Below are positions 11,601-23,148 of a stretch of 59,416 bases of DNA, piece by piece. Position 1 is the first letter of the stretch. Each line of letters opens with the position of its first letter. Position numbers and translations under genes: made by a program. Location: positions 1 through 59,416 of the forward strand of contig MCFH01000103.1 of the NCBI GenBank assembly GCA_002104945.1. Reading direction: 5' to 3'. Below the pieces are notes generated by a model. That model did no database searches, was not told where the DNA came from, and worked only from the letters and a program-made list of their open reading frames with translations. The stretch is from Piromyces finnis finn (lineage: Eukaryota > Fungi > Neocallimastigomycota).

Positions 11601-13246
11601 CATTCTGTCTCGTAGAAGTGATCATTTAGTGAATGTTATTAACTCTGATTTTATCTTGTCTTACTATTTCGCTTCATCATAGTGATAACAAACCTTTAAT
11701 AGATTCTATTTTATCAGAACTTAAAAATGACGATTTGTATAATTCCATTGTTCAATTTAAAATGAATGGTTCTACAAGTAATGCACCTATTAAAAATATT
11801 GATAAAGTTATTATTGATGGTGAAGGATTTTTGTTATTTAATAATTTTATTTATGTTCCTAAATCTCTTAGGACTAGAGTTTTGGAACTCCATCATGATT
11901 CTGTTGCTGCTGGCCATTTCGGCATTAAGAAAACCGTCGAACTTATTTCAAGAAACTTTTGGTGGCCAAGATTTCATTCAGATGTTAAATCCTTTATTAA
12001 ATCTTGCGTGACTTGTTGCAAATCCAAAGTCCCCAGACATAAGCCTTATGGATTGTTATTCCCTTTGGACACTCCTAGTAGACCTTGGTCTGATATCTCT
12101 ATCGACTTTATTGTTGATCTTCCTAAGTCCAGAGATATGACAACCCTTATGGTTGTTGTCGATAGATTTACTAAATTTGCTCACGCCATTCCTTTACGTT
12201 GTCTTCCTACTGCTTCAATTGCTGCTGATGCTTTTATTGCCAATGTCTTCCGTTTGCATGGTCTTCCTGATTCCATCATTTCTGATAGAGGCTCGCAATT
12301 TACTTCTGATTTCTGGTCAAGACTTTGTGACCTTCTTAATATCAATCATTCATTGTCAACTGCTAACCATCCGCAGACAGATGGTCAAACGGAGAGGGTG
12401 AACGGCATATTAGAACAATATTTCCGTTGTTTTATCAATAAGAAGCAGAATAACTGGATTGATCTTATTCCATTTGCTGAATTTGCATATAATAACACTT
12501 TACAGCAATCTATAAATCAATCCCCATTCTTTGCTAATTATGGTTTTCATCCAAAGTTCAGCTTGGAAATCCCGGCTAATGATAGACCTAGTAGAGCTGA
12601 ACAAAGAGTAATTGATATGAATGAAAACTTTAAATTATTAAAAGAAAACTTAGAAAAAGCAAAAGAAACATATAAGAAATATGCCGATATGAAAAGAATG
12701 AGTCCCCCAGAATTTGAAGTGGGAAAGAAGGTATGGTTATTGAAAGATTCTCCGAGAACTAACTTGAAGAAGAAACTAGCACCTCAAATGCTTGGTCCAT
12801 TTGAAATAATTGAAAAAGTTAGTTCTCTCGCTTTTAAATTGAAACTCCCAAAGACAATGAGATGTCATCCAGTCTTTCATGTCTCATTGTTAGAACCATA
12901 CTTTGAAAACGAGTTTATAGATAGGTCTAATAGTAGGAAGAGAAATATTCATCTTAACACAGATTTAATTGAAAAAATTCCAGAAAAAATTGAGAAGATG
13001 AAATCTGTTAATGGTGAAACATTTTATAAGTTATCGTGGAAAGGATTTGATAAATCCACTTGGGTTTCTGAAGATCAGATCCCGGACAAACAATTAATAC
13101 AAGAGTTCGAAAGAAACTCTAAAAAGTCAAAACATAAGTCGAATGACTCCTCCATGAGAATAAGAAAGAATAAAGTTGGTAATCTAATTAAGCATAGATA
13201 CCAACCATTTGTAATTGAAATTCCTTCGAGAAAGGATTCTTTATAA
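8653..13246 (+). pseudogene. gag-pol: Disrupted gag-pol of B1 (gag with CCHC, PR, RT, RH, IN, divergent chromodomain-like C-terminus)
   Basis: In-frame TGA at 8896-8898 (probably TGG) joins track ORFs 8653 and 8905. A +1 frameshift near 11633-11682 separates RH from IN. Motifs CFLCKQPGHLKFNC, LIDSGS, YIDD, GPF. Confidence 0.9.
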
Positions 13247-13282
13247 AGTAATCTCGCAGGAGCTCGACTTATAGAGAGAGAT

Positions 13283-13892
13283 TGTAAAGATATCAAACGC
13301 CACAGATTGATATCTTTAATGTAACTTAAGCCATAAATATTATTGTTTAAGTTACACGAATTATATTACAGAAAAAGAAAATGGGACATAATTTATTTAT
13401 TAATAATTAAAGTTTAAAACAAAATAAATTATTAATTTATTCTTAATGTTTAACAAATAAATTAAAATTCTCAATTCAAATCCCTAGTTTTAGTATTGTT
13501 TTGTAATAGAAATAGACATCTAGTATATAATTATTAAATGTTTAATATATCAATAATACATGGGCACATATTCAAATTGAATAGTACTTAATTTGAATTG
13601 CCAATTGTATTTTACTAAAAATAGTTATAGTTTAAATATTTATTAATAATTAAGATTTTAGTGTAGATTTTAAATAATAATATATAAGAAATAAATAGTT
13701 ATAATATAATATAAATGTATTTAGGAAAAATATAAATAGAAGATATTTTTCATCATTTTATCGATGTAATTGTTATTAATATAATTTCTATTATAATAAA
13801 AGATATTTTTTAACAAAACAATTTTATATAAATCTTTAGTGTTATTGTAATAGAATAGATATCCTAATCTATTCTTTTGTGTCGACTTTACA
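13283..13892 (+). repeat. 3' LTR of B1 (610 bp)
   Basis: TGTAAAGATATC...GACTTTACA, preceded by PPT AGAGAGAGAT. Confidence 0.95.
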
Positions 13893-14642
13893 AAAATATT
13901 ATATATAAATTTTTAAATATGAAATTACATATTTTAAATAATAAAAATTATTTTAAATATGGCTGATATGTAGCTAGACATATTAATTTCATATCAGAAA
14001 ATAAAATAAATAAAAAACAACTTTCTCTACAACACATTGATACAAGATACATAAAAAAATATAATATTTTAAATATTTTATGAATAATATGTTAAGGATT
14101 TGAGATGAATTTAGGTAAGTTAGGTCAGAATGCCCTAACCCTACTTATTAAATTAATATAAATTATGTTTTATAATCAAACTTTTATTTATTAATAAATT
14201 TATTAATACATTTTGTTAATCAAATATTTTATTAATCACTAAGTAGAGTTAAAAAACTTAATGATTTCTCGAAAAATTCAATTGTTGAATTAATTTTGAG
14301 TATTTATAATTTTTAAATCAATTAATTAATAATTATTCTATTTAATATAGTTACATTAATTATAAAATACATGATTCCAATTTTAATATAATTAACTATT
14401 CTATAAATTAAAATATATTAAATATTTATATAATGACTTTAAGCTTATGACTTATCTTTATTACTTGCTTAAGTCATTTCAATCATTTGAGGGAGGAATG
14501 ACTAATTATTTCATTTATTTAAATTTCCTTCCACATCAAATGAATAAAGAGATATTATTTAAACTTTAATAAATATAAAATCTTAATAATTATAATTAAT
14601 AAATATCTCTAAAAATATTATTAAATAATGTTTTTCTAAAAT

Positions 14643-15171
14643 TGTAATGTTTCTATAAAAATAATATATTTATATAGAAACGTTTCTGTACACAATAGGC
14701 GAGTATATCCACTTAAGTAATATGTTTTTTTAATATATTAATAAAAATATTTTATTTTATTTTATTTTTAAGTTTCTTTATTTAATTTATAAAATAATAT
14801 TTTATAATTTTGTGTAAATTACTTATTTTTTTATTATTAATTAATAAAAACACAAAAAATAATTTTTTTTGTAAATTTTCTTTCCTTTTATACTTTTCCA
14901 AAATTAATTAAAATTTAGGTTTCGGAAAGATAATAGTATTAATTAGTAATTAAATTTTAATTTCCGATATTTGATTGGTCTCGGCTAATTTCAATAAAAT
15001 TTAAAATAAATTTATCGGAATATCTATTTAAAAAATTTTTAAAATCAATAAATAAAATTATTATTTTAAATTTGGTAAAGTTATGTGTCGAACCCACGAC
15101 ATCTATCGTGATTAATTTCGACATTTACCAATATACCAATATTACTAATTTCATTATCAATATTCGTTACA
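14643..15171 (-). repeat. 3' LTR of E (529 bp)
   Basis: Matches 19618-20131 plus the split terminal pieces (one indel, at least one substitution). The PPT complement TGGTCCTCCT is adjacent at 15172. Confidence 0.95.
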
Positions 15172-15271
15172 TGGTCCTCCTCGAATGATTCGGATACCAG
15201 ACGAATCTTTAAAACTTTACAAAAAAATTATAACAAGTTACATACAAAATTACAAATTACATTAAACTAGA

Positions 15272-18200
15272 CTAATAGGGTTCCAAATCAGATACGTGAA
15301 TGATTGGGTAGATTCTAAGTTCATCAGGAAGTTCAAGTTTATAGGATATCGGCGAAACTTTCTTTAAGATTTTAAAAGGTCCAAGTTTCCTTGGTTTAAG
15401 CTTCTTATTTCCATTTCTTATAATTAGATTACTATTTATCCATACTTTATCGCCTACTTTGAGCTCCGGTGGATTTTTTCTATTATTATCATAGTATTTC
15501 TTTTGTTTGTTAATAGCTTCTTTTAAATTTTCTTTAAGTTGTTTTGTTAGTTCATCAAAGTCCTTAATGAATTCTTCAGCTCTAGGCACATCTGAATGAC
15601 TTGGGATGTGGGGAGAATGCTTAGGGTTATAGCCATAGTTGGCAAAAAATGGTGAGTATCTCAAAGATTCTTGAATTGAATTGTTATAGCTAAATTCGGC
15701 AAGATGAAGATATTTGTACCAGTTGGATCCTTTGAGGTTGGAGTAGCACCTTAAGTATTGTTCAACAACGGAGTTCACCCTCTCCGTTAATCCATTAGTT
15801 TGATGGTGAAAAGGAGAAGAGAGTTTAAGATCAATGTTGAATGATTTACAAATTGCGTTCCAAAATTTAGAGGTGAATTGAGTCCCTCTGTCAGAAATTA
15901 TTTCTTCGGGTAATCCATGGAGTCGAAAAATGTTGGACATGAAGGCAGAAGCTGTATCAAGAGCAGAGGGGACTTTAGGAAAAGGAACAAAATGACTCAT
16001 CTTAGTGAGTCTGTCAACAACAACGAAGATACAAGAAAATCCATTTGATGGAGGAAGATCGGTGACAAAATCCATCGAGATAGAGGACCATAGTTTATTT
16101 GCTATCTCTAATGGTTGAAGAAACCCATAAGGTTTATAAGGTTTATGTCTTGAATCCTTTGAGCGGCAACAAATTTCGCAAGAGCGAACGTATTCTTTAA
16201 CGTCCGGGATTAAAGAAGACCACCAGAAATCACGATTTACGAGGGCGATTGTTTTTTTAATACCAAAATGTCCGGCAGAAGGCGAATCATGGCAAATATT
16301 TAAGATAGTAGGACGGCAATTCTTTGGGACATAAACTTTATTGTTGAATAATAAAAAACTGTTACTTAGGGAGAACTTATCAATACTTGGGTGTGGGACC
16401 GGAGGATTCTTCGATTCGAGGTAATAGCAAATATTTTGATAAAATTTGTCATTTTTTAATTCGGATAAGATGTTTTCGTAAAGAGAATAAATAACTGAAG
16501 CGGGAGCACAAAAGTTTTCAGGGCGAAGAACAGAAAGAGGGATTGAATTAGGTTCCATATTATCAGGAGCAGAAGCATAATCAGGTCTGCGAGATAATGC
16601 ATCAGGTTTTCCATTATTGGAGCCGGAGCGATACCTGATGTTGAAATTAAACTCGGCTAGAAAAAGGGACCAACGAACATGCCTTTGGGTCATCTTCTCG
16701 GGCTTCTTTTGATATAATAGGTTTCTGTGATCAGAGAAGATTGTGAATGAAATGGAGGTTCCTTTTAGGAGATGACGCCAGTGTTCTAACGAGTCAACGA
16801 TTGCTAGTAACTCTTTATCGTAAATTGGATAATTTTTTTCCGCAGCAGTGAGTGACCTAGAAAAGAAAGCTATAGGATGAACCTTGTTGTCTGAAAGGGA
16901 ATTTTGCGAGAGAATGGCTCCAATGGCGAAGTTACTGCTATCAGTTTCTACCAAGAATGGAAGTTTCCTGTTAGGATAAGCTAAAATGGGGGCAGAAGAG
17001 AACGTTTTCTTAATGTCTTCAAAGGCTTCTTGCGATTCTTTAGTCCATTCAAACTTAATACCCTTCTTGAGGAAAAGGGTTAATGGCTGAGAACGCTTTG
17101 CGAAGTTGGGAATAAAGCGTCGATAATAGTTAACTAAGCCTAAAAATGATTGAAGTTCTTTAGTATTGGAAGGAACGGGCCATTCAAGAATTGAGGATAC
17201 TTTGGAAGGATCCATATATATCCCATTGTGAGCAATTCGATGTCCAAGGAAGTCGAGAAATGGGACAAAAAATTGGCACTTTTCAATTTTTGCATATAGG
17301 CCAGCTTTCCTTAGCCTAGTAAGAACTTCATCAACGTGTTTGAGATGCATAATCTCATTTTCTGAGAAGATTAAAATGTCGTAGATATAACTAAAGGCAA
17401 ATTCACCGAGTATACCATCCAAAACGTCATTAATGAAGTGCTGAAAAACCGCGGGTGCGTTTTTCAGACCAAAGGGCATTACCAAGTATTCGAAATGACC
17501 AAACTTACAGTTGAAAGCGGTTTTATATTCATCACCGCTCTTGATCCTAACCAAATTATATGCTGAACGTAAATCCAATTTTGAGAATATATTTCCTTTT
17601 CCTAGCTGTTCTAGCATTTCATTAATAAGTGGTAGCGGATACGAATCACGGATTGTGATCTCATTTAGGCGTCTATAATCGACACACATACGTAGGTCGC
17701 CATTCTTCTTAGGCACAAATAGTACTGGAGCCCCAGCTGGTGACTTCGACTTTCTAATAAATCCCTTTGATAAATTATCATCAATATATTCTTTAAGTGC
17801 GGTCGATTCCTTTTCTGTTAATGGATAAATTGGTCCATAAAATAATTGAGATCCTGGTTTGAGATTGATCTCACAGTCATATTGACGGTGTGGAGGAAGG
17901 GTATTTGCTGATTTTTCGTCGAATACATCCTTAAAAGATCTAAGCTTAGAGGGTAACATTTCCATTATTTTCTCTTCTGAATTTAATTCATTAGGAGATT
18001 CGGATTCAATGATATGAGTTGTGAAAGAGCTAGGTATAACTATACAATGTGAAAGGCAATAGTTAGATTTGAATGATATTTCTTTATTGGCGAAGTCAAT
18101 TGTCGGGTTGTGGGTACTAAGCCAATTTATTCCAAGGATTCCACAGTAAGAAGGTAGATCCAAAACATAAAATTCAGTTTGACATTGATGATTCTTATAT

Positions 18201-19243
18201 TTTAAGGAAATAGGAAGAGTTTTACTTAAAATAGGTTGCATTCCTCCAATTCCAGAAATTCTTGGGGGGATGGAACTGGAATCAAATGGAATGTTGTTTT
18301 CCTTAGCAAAATAAACATCCATTAAGTTCAATTCAGAACCAGAATCTAAGAGAAGCTTGACAGTGGTAGAAGTTCCGGCGAAGGCTAGTTCGGTGGTTAG
18401 AATCGGTTGTCTTATATTTTGATTATCTGATAATCTTGGTCGAGCAGGTAATTTTGTATTTGAATGGGAAACAAAAGCTGAGCTTGAGGGTGCTTTATTC
18501 TTCTTATTAGCTAATGGGCAATCTTCTAGTTTATGTTGAGCGGATCCACAATATAAACAAAGATTTTCTTTTCTTCTACGTTCCTTTTCTTCTTTTGTGA
18601 GTGGACCTCGGTGTTTAATAAAAGGTTTAGATTGTTTCGTATTATTAGATGATGAGCTTTTACTAGAAGAATTTTTTCCATTACCAAACAATTGTCTATG
18701 AGCGGATATTCTTGAGTCAATTCTAGTAGCGATAGTCTGCATTGAAGATAGTGTTTTCGGTCCAGGGAACATTTCAAGAATTCTACTAGCTATTGGGTCT
18801 TGAAGGCCTTCCAGAAAAGCATCCATCTTTGCATCCTCATTCCATGTAGATTCGTCCGCATACTTATTAAATTCTAGGATATAATTTTGTATATTACCTA
18901 GACGTCTTTGTTTTATTGTCCTGAGTTTCCTATTGGATACGAAAGCTGAATCAGAAGAACCGTACATTGCTTTTAGCTTTCCAACAAAGGCTTCGTAGTC
19001 ATATAAACATGGGTCATTGTTTTTTATCAGAGAAACAATCCAATTCATTGCATCCCCGTACATTCTAGATATCAAATATACGACTTTATCTGTATCACTG
19101 ACATAACGGTCTGGATAGAGCATAAATATAAGTTCCATCTTAGCAATGAATCCTTTGAAAAATCGACGGTCTCCTGCAAAACCATCTTTCAAAGTTGCAT
19201 TATCTAAGTTACTATTATTCGTATTTAAGAATTCGTGTTCCAT
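15272..19243 (-). CDS. gag-pol: Gag-Pol of E, single ORF; RT motif YIDD>YIYD; no chromodomain
   Basis: CLYCGSAQHKLEDC, LLDSGS, SYIYDILI, HHCC, GPF; ends at HVSDLEPY*. Confidence 0.93.
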   Translation of the reverse strand: MEHEFLNTNNSNLDNATLKDGFAGDRRFFKGFIAKMELIFMLYPDRYVSDTDKVVYLISRMYGDAMNWIVSLIKNNDPCLYDYEAFVGKLKAMYGSSDSAFVSNRKLRTIKQRRLGNIQNYILEFNKYADESTWNEDAKMDAFLEGLQDPIASRILEMFPGPKTLSSMQTIATRIDSRISAHRQLFGNGKNSSSKSSSSNNTKQSKPFIKHRGPLTKEEKERRRKENLCLYCGSAQHKLEDCPLANKKNKAPSSSAFVSHSNTKLPARPRLSDNQNIRQPILTTELAFAGTSTTVKLLLDSGSELNLMDVYFAKENNIPFDSSSIPPRISGIGGMQPILSKTLPISLKYKNHQCQTEFYVLDLPSYCGILGINWLSTHNPTIDFANKEISFKSNYCLSHCIVIPSSFTTHIIESESPNELNSEEKIMEMLPSKLRSFKDVFDEKSANTLPPHRQYDCEINLKPGSQLFYGPIYPLTEKESTALKEYIDDNLSKGFIRKSKSPAGAPVLFVPKKNGDLRMCVDYRRLNEITIRDSYPLPLINEMLEQLGKGNIFSKLDLRSAYNLVRIKSGDEYKTAFNCKFGHFEYLVMPFGLKNAPAVFQHFINDVLDGILGEFAFSYIYDILIFSENEIMHLKHVDEVLTRLRKAGLYAKIEKCQFFVPFLDFLGHRIAHNGIYMDPSKVSSILEWPVPSNTKELQSFLGLVNYYRRFIPNFAKRSQPLTLFLKKGIKFEWTKESQEAFEDIKKTFSSAPILAYPNRKLPFLVETDSSNFAIGAILSQNSLSDNKVHPIAFFSRSLTAAEKNYPIYDKELLAIVDSLEHWRHLLKGTSISFTIFSDHRNLLYQKKPEKMTQRHVRWSLFLAEFNFNIRYRSGSNNGKPDALSRRPDYASAPDNMEPNSIPLSVLRPENFCAPASVIYSLYENILSELKNDKFYQNICYYLESKNPPVPHPSIDKFSLSNSFLLFNNKVYVPKNCRPTILNICHDSPSAGHFGIKKTIALVNRDFWWSSLIPDVKEYVRSCEICCRSKDSRHKPYKPYGFLQPLEIANKLWSSISMDFVTDLPPSNGFSCIFVVVDRLTKMSHFVPFPKVPSALDTASAFMSNIFRLHGLPEEIISDRGTQFTSKFWNAICKSFNIDLKLSSPFHHQTNGLTERVNSVVEQYLRCYSNLKGSNWYKYLHLAEFSYNNSIQESLRYSPFFANYGYNPKHSPHIPSHSDVPRAEEFIKDFDELTKQLKENLKEAINKQKKYYDNNRKNPPELKVGDKVWINSNLIIRNGNKKLKPRKLGPFKILKKVSPISYKLELPDELRIYPIIHVSDLEPY

Positions 19244-19301
19244 AATTATTTTTTTTTAGGAAATATGCAAGAGAAGAAGAAATCGGAAATTAGAGAAGCT
19301 T

Positions 19302-19396
19302 AAGGGAGTCCAAAGTCCAAAAGAGAGTCCTAAAGAGAGTTCTAAAGAGAGTTCTAAAATGAGTCTAAAAAAAAATCCTAAAGATAGTCCAAAAGA
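19302..19396. repeat. Degenerate 12-bp tandem repeat in the E 5' UTR
   Basis: AAGAGAGT(C/T)CTA-like units, about 7 copies on the + strand. Confidence 0.7.
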
Positions 19397-19607
19397 TAAC
19401 AGATTCGAAGAGTTGAGTATTTTTCAAAAGAGTTTGATGGTAGGGAGAATTCAGAATATCTTAATAGATTTCAAAAAAAAATTTAATATAATCCCAGTAG
19501 GTTTCAGTATAGTTTACTGTAGTTCAAAAGATTTCGAAGGAGTTTATCAGCAATAAGTAAATTTTAATATGCTTTGATATACAAGGGTATTGTGTATATT
19601 TCTTAGG

Positions 19608-19618
19608 GTGTTTTTATT
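19608..19618 (-). promoter_or_regulatory. Self-priming PBS of E
   Basis: Minus-strand AATAAAAACAC is complementary to minus-strand GTGTTTTTATT (+ strand 19817-19827), 39 nt downstream of a minus-strand TATAAAA (19860-19866). Confidence 0.8.
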
Positions 19619-20131
19619 GTAATGTTTCTATAAAAATAATATATTTATATAGAAACGTTTCTGTACACAATAGGCGAGTATATCCACTTAAGTAATATGT
19701 TTTTTTAATATATTAATAAAAATATTTTATTTTATTTTATTTTTAAGTTTCTTTATTTAATTTATAAAATAATATTTTATAATTTTGTGTAAATTACTTA
19801 TTTTTTATTATTAATTAATAAAAACACAAAAAATAATTTTTTTTGTAAATTTTCTTTCCTTTTATACTTTTCCAAAATTAATTAAAATTTAGGTTTCGGA
19901 AAGATAATAGTATTAATTAGTAATTAAATTTTAATTTCCGATATTTGATTGGTCTCGGCTAATTTCAATAAAATTTAAAATAAATTTATCGGAATATCTA
20001 TTTAAAAAATTTTTAAAATCAATAAATAAAATTATTATTTTAAATTTGGTAAAGTTATGTGTCGAACCCACGACATCTATCGTGATTAATTTCGACGTTT
20101 ACCAATATACCAATATTACTAATTTCATTAT
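19618..20131 (-). repeat. 5' LTR of E, main part
   Basis: Matches 14643-15157; interrupted 15 bp from its U3 end by F. Confidence 0.93.
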
Positions 20132-20626
20132 TGTAAGAAATATTTGTGGCCATAAGTTTGCCCACAAATATTTCAATTGAAACCATATATTCTGGTCATC
20201 ATTTATTGGCCAAATATATGTATAACCATATATTAATGGTTATTAATTAAATAGGAAGTTTATTTGCTTTACCCAATCAAGTGGTAAAGAAAATAAACTC
20301 ATATAGTTAAATAGTATAGTCAAAACTAACGTTAAATACTTTAGCGTTAGTATTAAAGTAAATTAGTAACTATAATAATAATTAATGTAGATAATTATAA
20401 TTAATAAATAAAAGATATAATTAAAATATAATTATTTAAGTAAAAGTTATTTCATAAAATATTTATATAAGTGTTTATATTTATTTTAGTGTTATAATAT
20501 TTATTTTCTTTCTTTTATTATTTTTTATAAAACTTTATTTAGTTATTAACTCGTATAGAGAGGTAATAACTAACTTAATTAACTAATTAGTAACTTATTA
20601 ACTAATAATATAAAAAACCTTTTACA
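20132..20626 (+). repeat. 5' LTR of F (495 bp)
   Basis: TGTAAGAAAT...CCTTTTACA; matches 32574-33068. Confidence 0.95.
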
Positions 20627-20637
20627 ATACTAACGCT
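20626..20637 (+). promoter_or_regulatory. Self-priming PBS of F
   Basis: AATACTAACGCT is the reverse complement of AGCGTTAGTATT at 20343-20354 in the LTR. Confidence 0.8.
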
Positions 20638-20899
20638 TTATAGTTAGTTCTTACGTTAGCTTAGTTTTAATTAGGTTAGTTTTATTAAAGTTCTTAAAAA
20701 ACATATTTTATTTTATTTAAATTATTGTTTAATAATAATCATTTACAATATTTTATATAATATTCAAATATTATATTTAAAAGAAGTAAATTTATTATTA
20801 AAAATAATTATTTTTTAATAGTTTAGTAATAAAAAGTTCATTATTTTAAAATTTAAAATTCACTATAATCATATTTTATATAATAAATTCTTTAATTTA

Positions 20900-23077
20900 T
20901 TGAAAGAATTTATTTTAGAGTTAGAAATGAAAAATACAGGTAAGTCGCCTAACCCTCGAGGTGTCCATAAATTGGACACAAAAACATCATTCGTAAGGGA
21001 CGGGACCCGTCCTGACGCGGCGAGCGCGGATGGCATGGATGGTGTAGAGGGAATGTCACGGGTTCGAACCCCGGTGCTTCTCGAAAGCACTGAGGTCGAA
21101 TCTAATCAGAATTTACAGGTTCAACAGGGGGATTCTATGCCCGCCCCTGTTGATCCTTCTTTCTTTTTTACTAATAATAGTGAGGTAAACCCAATGCAGC
21201 ACATTGAAGTTCTTCTTAATAGATATGTTTCGGAAATATCTAGCCAGTTTGCTAGTATGGGAAACCGTCTGGGTGCTATGGAAGAACAACTTCGGGGTAT
21301 TGAGGTTTACAAGAGCGAGATAAACGATGCTCTTCAGCAAAAATTTGTTGAAGTGGATCAAAGGTTGGAAGCAAATGAGTCAGCTAGCCAAGTTAGCTTG
21401 GAAGAGCTGCATGCTGTGGAAAATGCCTTTACTGCAGAACATGAGGAAAGGTTACAAGACCACCAGCAAGTGCTAAACAACCAAGAAACGTTGTACCGCC
21501 AATCTAGTGCCTTTGTCTCTTATAAAAAAGAGCTTGAAGAAGAGATGGCCAGATTGAGGGAACAACGAAACGCTCTAGAAGAAAGAGAAAAATTGTTCGA
21601 GGCTAAAGTCGAAGCCATGAACAGAAGAGCTGAAGCCAGAGCTCATGAAAGAACATCCTATCAAACCGGTGGTATGGGTAATCCTCATGGTGCTGGAACT
21701 AGTAGTAGCACCAACCCTACGGAATACTCCGAGGATGGGGACGTGAAGATGTTCGACTGGCGAGTACATAGGTATGAAGAAAAAGTGCCTATGTTTGATA
21801 ATAATGGGATAGACTTAGAGGGTTTTCAAGAGAAATGCTTACGTCATTTCAAACGTTACCCATATGACTATGGTAACGACGAAAAGGCAAAGGTTAGCTT
21901 CATTGAAGATCATCTAGGTGGGAAAGTATTGAGATGGTATAGACTCAGAGAGAGGATGTTGCAGCGTAGGAATCCTGATGCTGAAAGACTATTCCTCCAC
22001 CTTCAAGATAAGTTTCCACCAGAGTCTCCCCATGAACTCTGCAAGTCAAAGTTGCTTAAGCTCACACATGAGTGGGGAAAAGCATACGATTACTTGGAAG
22101 AGTTCAATGAATTGACGGAAACACTTGGGCTCCCTGAAAATGTTAGGAGACAGGTGTTAATACAACAGGTCAGGCCTTCTGTCAGGGAAGCGTTCTATGA
22201 TATCCCTGAACAGGAACGTACGCTGGAAACATTAAGTGAAGTCTTGTTAAAGTGCGATGATCACCAAGCAGTCTTCCGTAATGAAACCATAGAAAAGTAC
22301 GACAAAAGAGACCGCCAGACCACTATTATGGCCTTGTTGGACATTACAGACCCATGTAGACCATCTAGATGGGCTGAGTTGAAGCAGAAGAACAACAAGC
22401 CAAATAATAAGCCTAAAGTTGAGCAGACCAACACTCAGGCTTACGCAAAAAACAATAACGGTACTAAAGAACGTCGTGAATCCTTAAATAAGTCAAGCTT
22501 TAGAAGAAGTTCTAGCTTCCAACCAAGGCAAGGACCTTCTAGTATGGGAAATAACCCATTACCTAAGGCTATGGCAAGTCAAACGACGGTCAATAACAGT
22601 TACTACAGTCAGAACCAACTAGTAGCTGAAATAAATGCAAGAAGCAACCCTCGAGATATAAAAAGGGTGGAAGTCTTGTATGATACTGGTTCCACTACAA
22701 ACCTCATTCACCCAAATTTGGCAAAGAAGCTCGGGTTAAAAGTAGTGGACAAACCAGCCATATTCAGAACTGTGAATGGAGATATCGAGTTAAAGCAGTT
22801 CTCAGATGACTTGCAGTTGAAGTTATGGTTAACTCCATCTGGCGAACAAGAAGCTAAACCATACTGCTTCAACACAAGTTGTCACCTATCCGACAACATG
22901 CCGGAGATGATCATTGTGGGACTGGGCTTCATGGATGAGCACTTTATCTACAGAGGTTATGATAAAGATGCACAAGTGAGGTACTTCGTAGTAGATAATG
23001 ATAAAGATAAAGGACATACCAACGGTTATGGTGTAAATGGTGGCGATATCTACTACTGTACTCAATTAAGTCCATAA
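20900..23077 (+). CDS. gag: Gag-protease ORF of F with a long coiled-coil N-terminal region
   Basis: Capsid-like segment (FIEDHLGGKVLRWY..W GKAYDYLEEFNEL), protease LYDTGS and IIVGLGF; no CCHC knuckle seen; the start codon is uncertain. Confidence 0.8.
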   Translation: MKEFILELEMKNTGKSPNPRGVHKLDTKTSFVRDGTRPDAASADGMDGVEGMSRVRTPVLLESTEVESNQNLQVQQGDSMPAPVDPSFFFTNNSEVNPMQHIEVLLNRYVSEISSQFASMGNRLGAMEEQLRGIEVYKSEINDALQQKFVEVDQRLEANESASQVSLEELHAVENAFTAEHEERLQDHQQVLNNQETLYRQSSAFVSYKKELEEEMARLREQRNALEEREKLFEAKVEAMNRRAEARAHERTSYQTGGMGNPHGAGTSSSTNPTEYSEDGDVKMFDWRVHRYEEKVPMFDNNGIDLEGFQEKCLRHFKRYPYDYGNDEKAKVSFIEDHLGGKVLRWYRLRERMLQRRNPDAERLFLHLQDKFPPESPHELCKSKLLKLTHEWGKAYDYLEEFNELTETLGLPENVRRQVLIQQVRPSVREAFYDIPEQERTLETLSEVLLKCDDHQAVFRNETIEKYDKRDRQTTIMALLDITDPCRPSRWAELKQKNNKPNNKPKVEQTNTQAYAKNNNGTKERRESLNKSSFRRSSSFQPRQGPSSMGNNPLPKAMASQTTVNNSYYSQNQLVAEINARSNPRDIKRVEVLYDTGSTTNLIHPNLAKKLGLKVVDKPAIFRTVNGDIELKQFSDDLQLKLWLTPSGEQEAKPYCFNTSCHLSDNMPEMIIVGLGFMDEHFIYRGYDKDAQVRYFVVDNDKDKGHTNGYGVNGGDIYYCTQLSP

Positions 23078-23148
23078 CTACAGTTACTAATGCAAAAGCA
23101 AGAAGGCCTCTGGTAACTGTAACTGCGGAAAACATAGAAGCCGAAATC

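Larger units (their letters stand above)
7747..13892 (+). mobile_element. Ty3/Gypsy element, family B copy 1 (first ~85 bp of the 5' LTR lie upstream of the D insertion, outside the window)
   Basis: 5' LTR remnant 7747-8272, 3' LTR 13283-13892, PPT AGAGAGAG, disrupted gag-pol. Confidence 0.93.

Noticed and set aside
13893-13897. AAAAT after B1 matching E's TSD as a sign of sequence-specific targeting
   Set aside because: The ten observed or predicted TSDs are diverse, and AAAAT is very common in this AT-rich DNA.
19359-19556. Antisense ORF in the E leader as a real gene
   Set aside because: It is short, arises from the 12-bp repeat, and has no recognisable domain.
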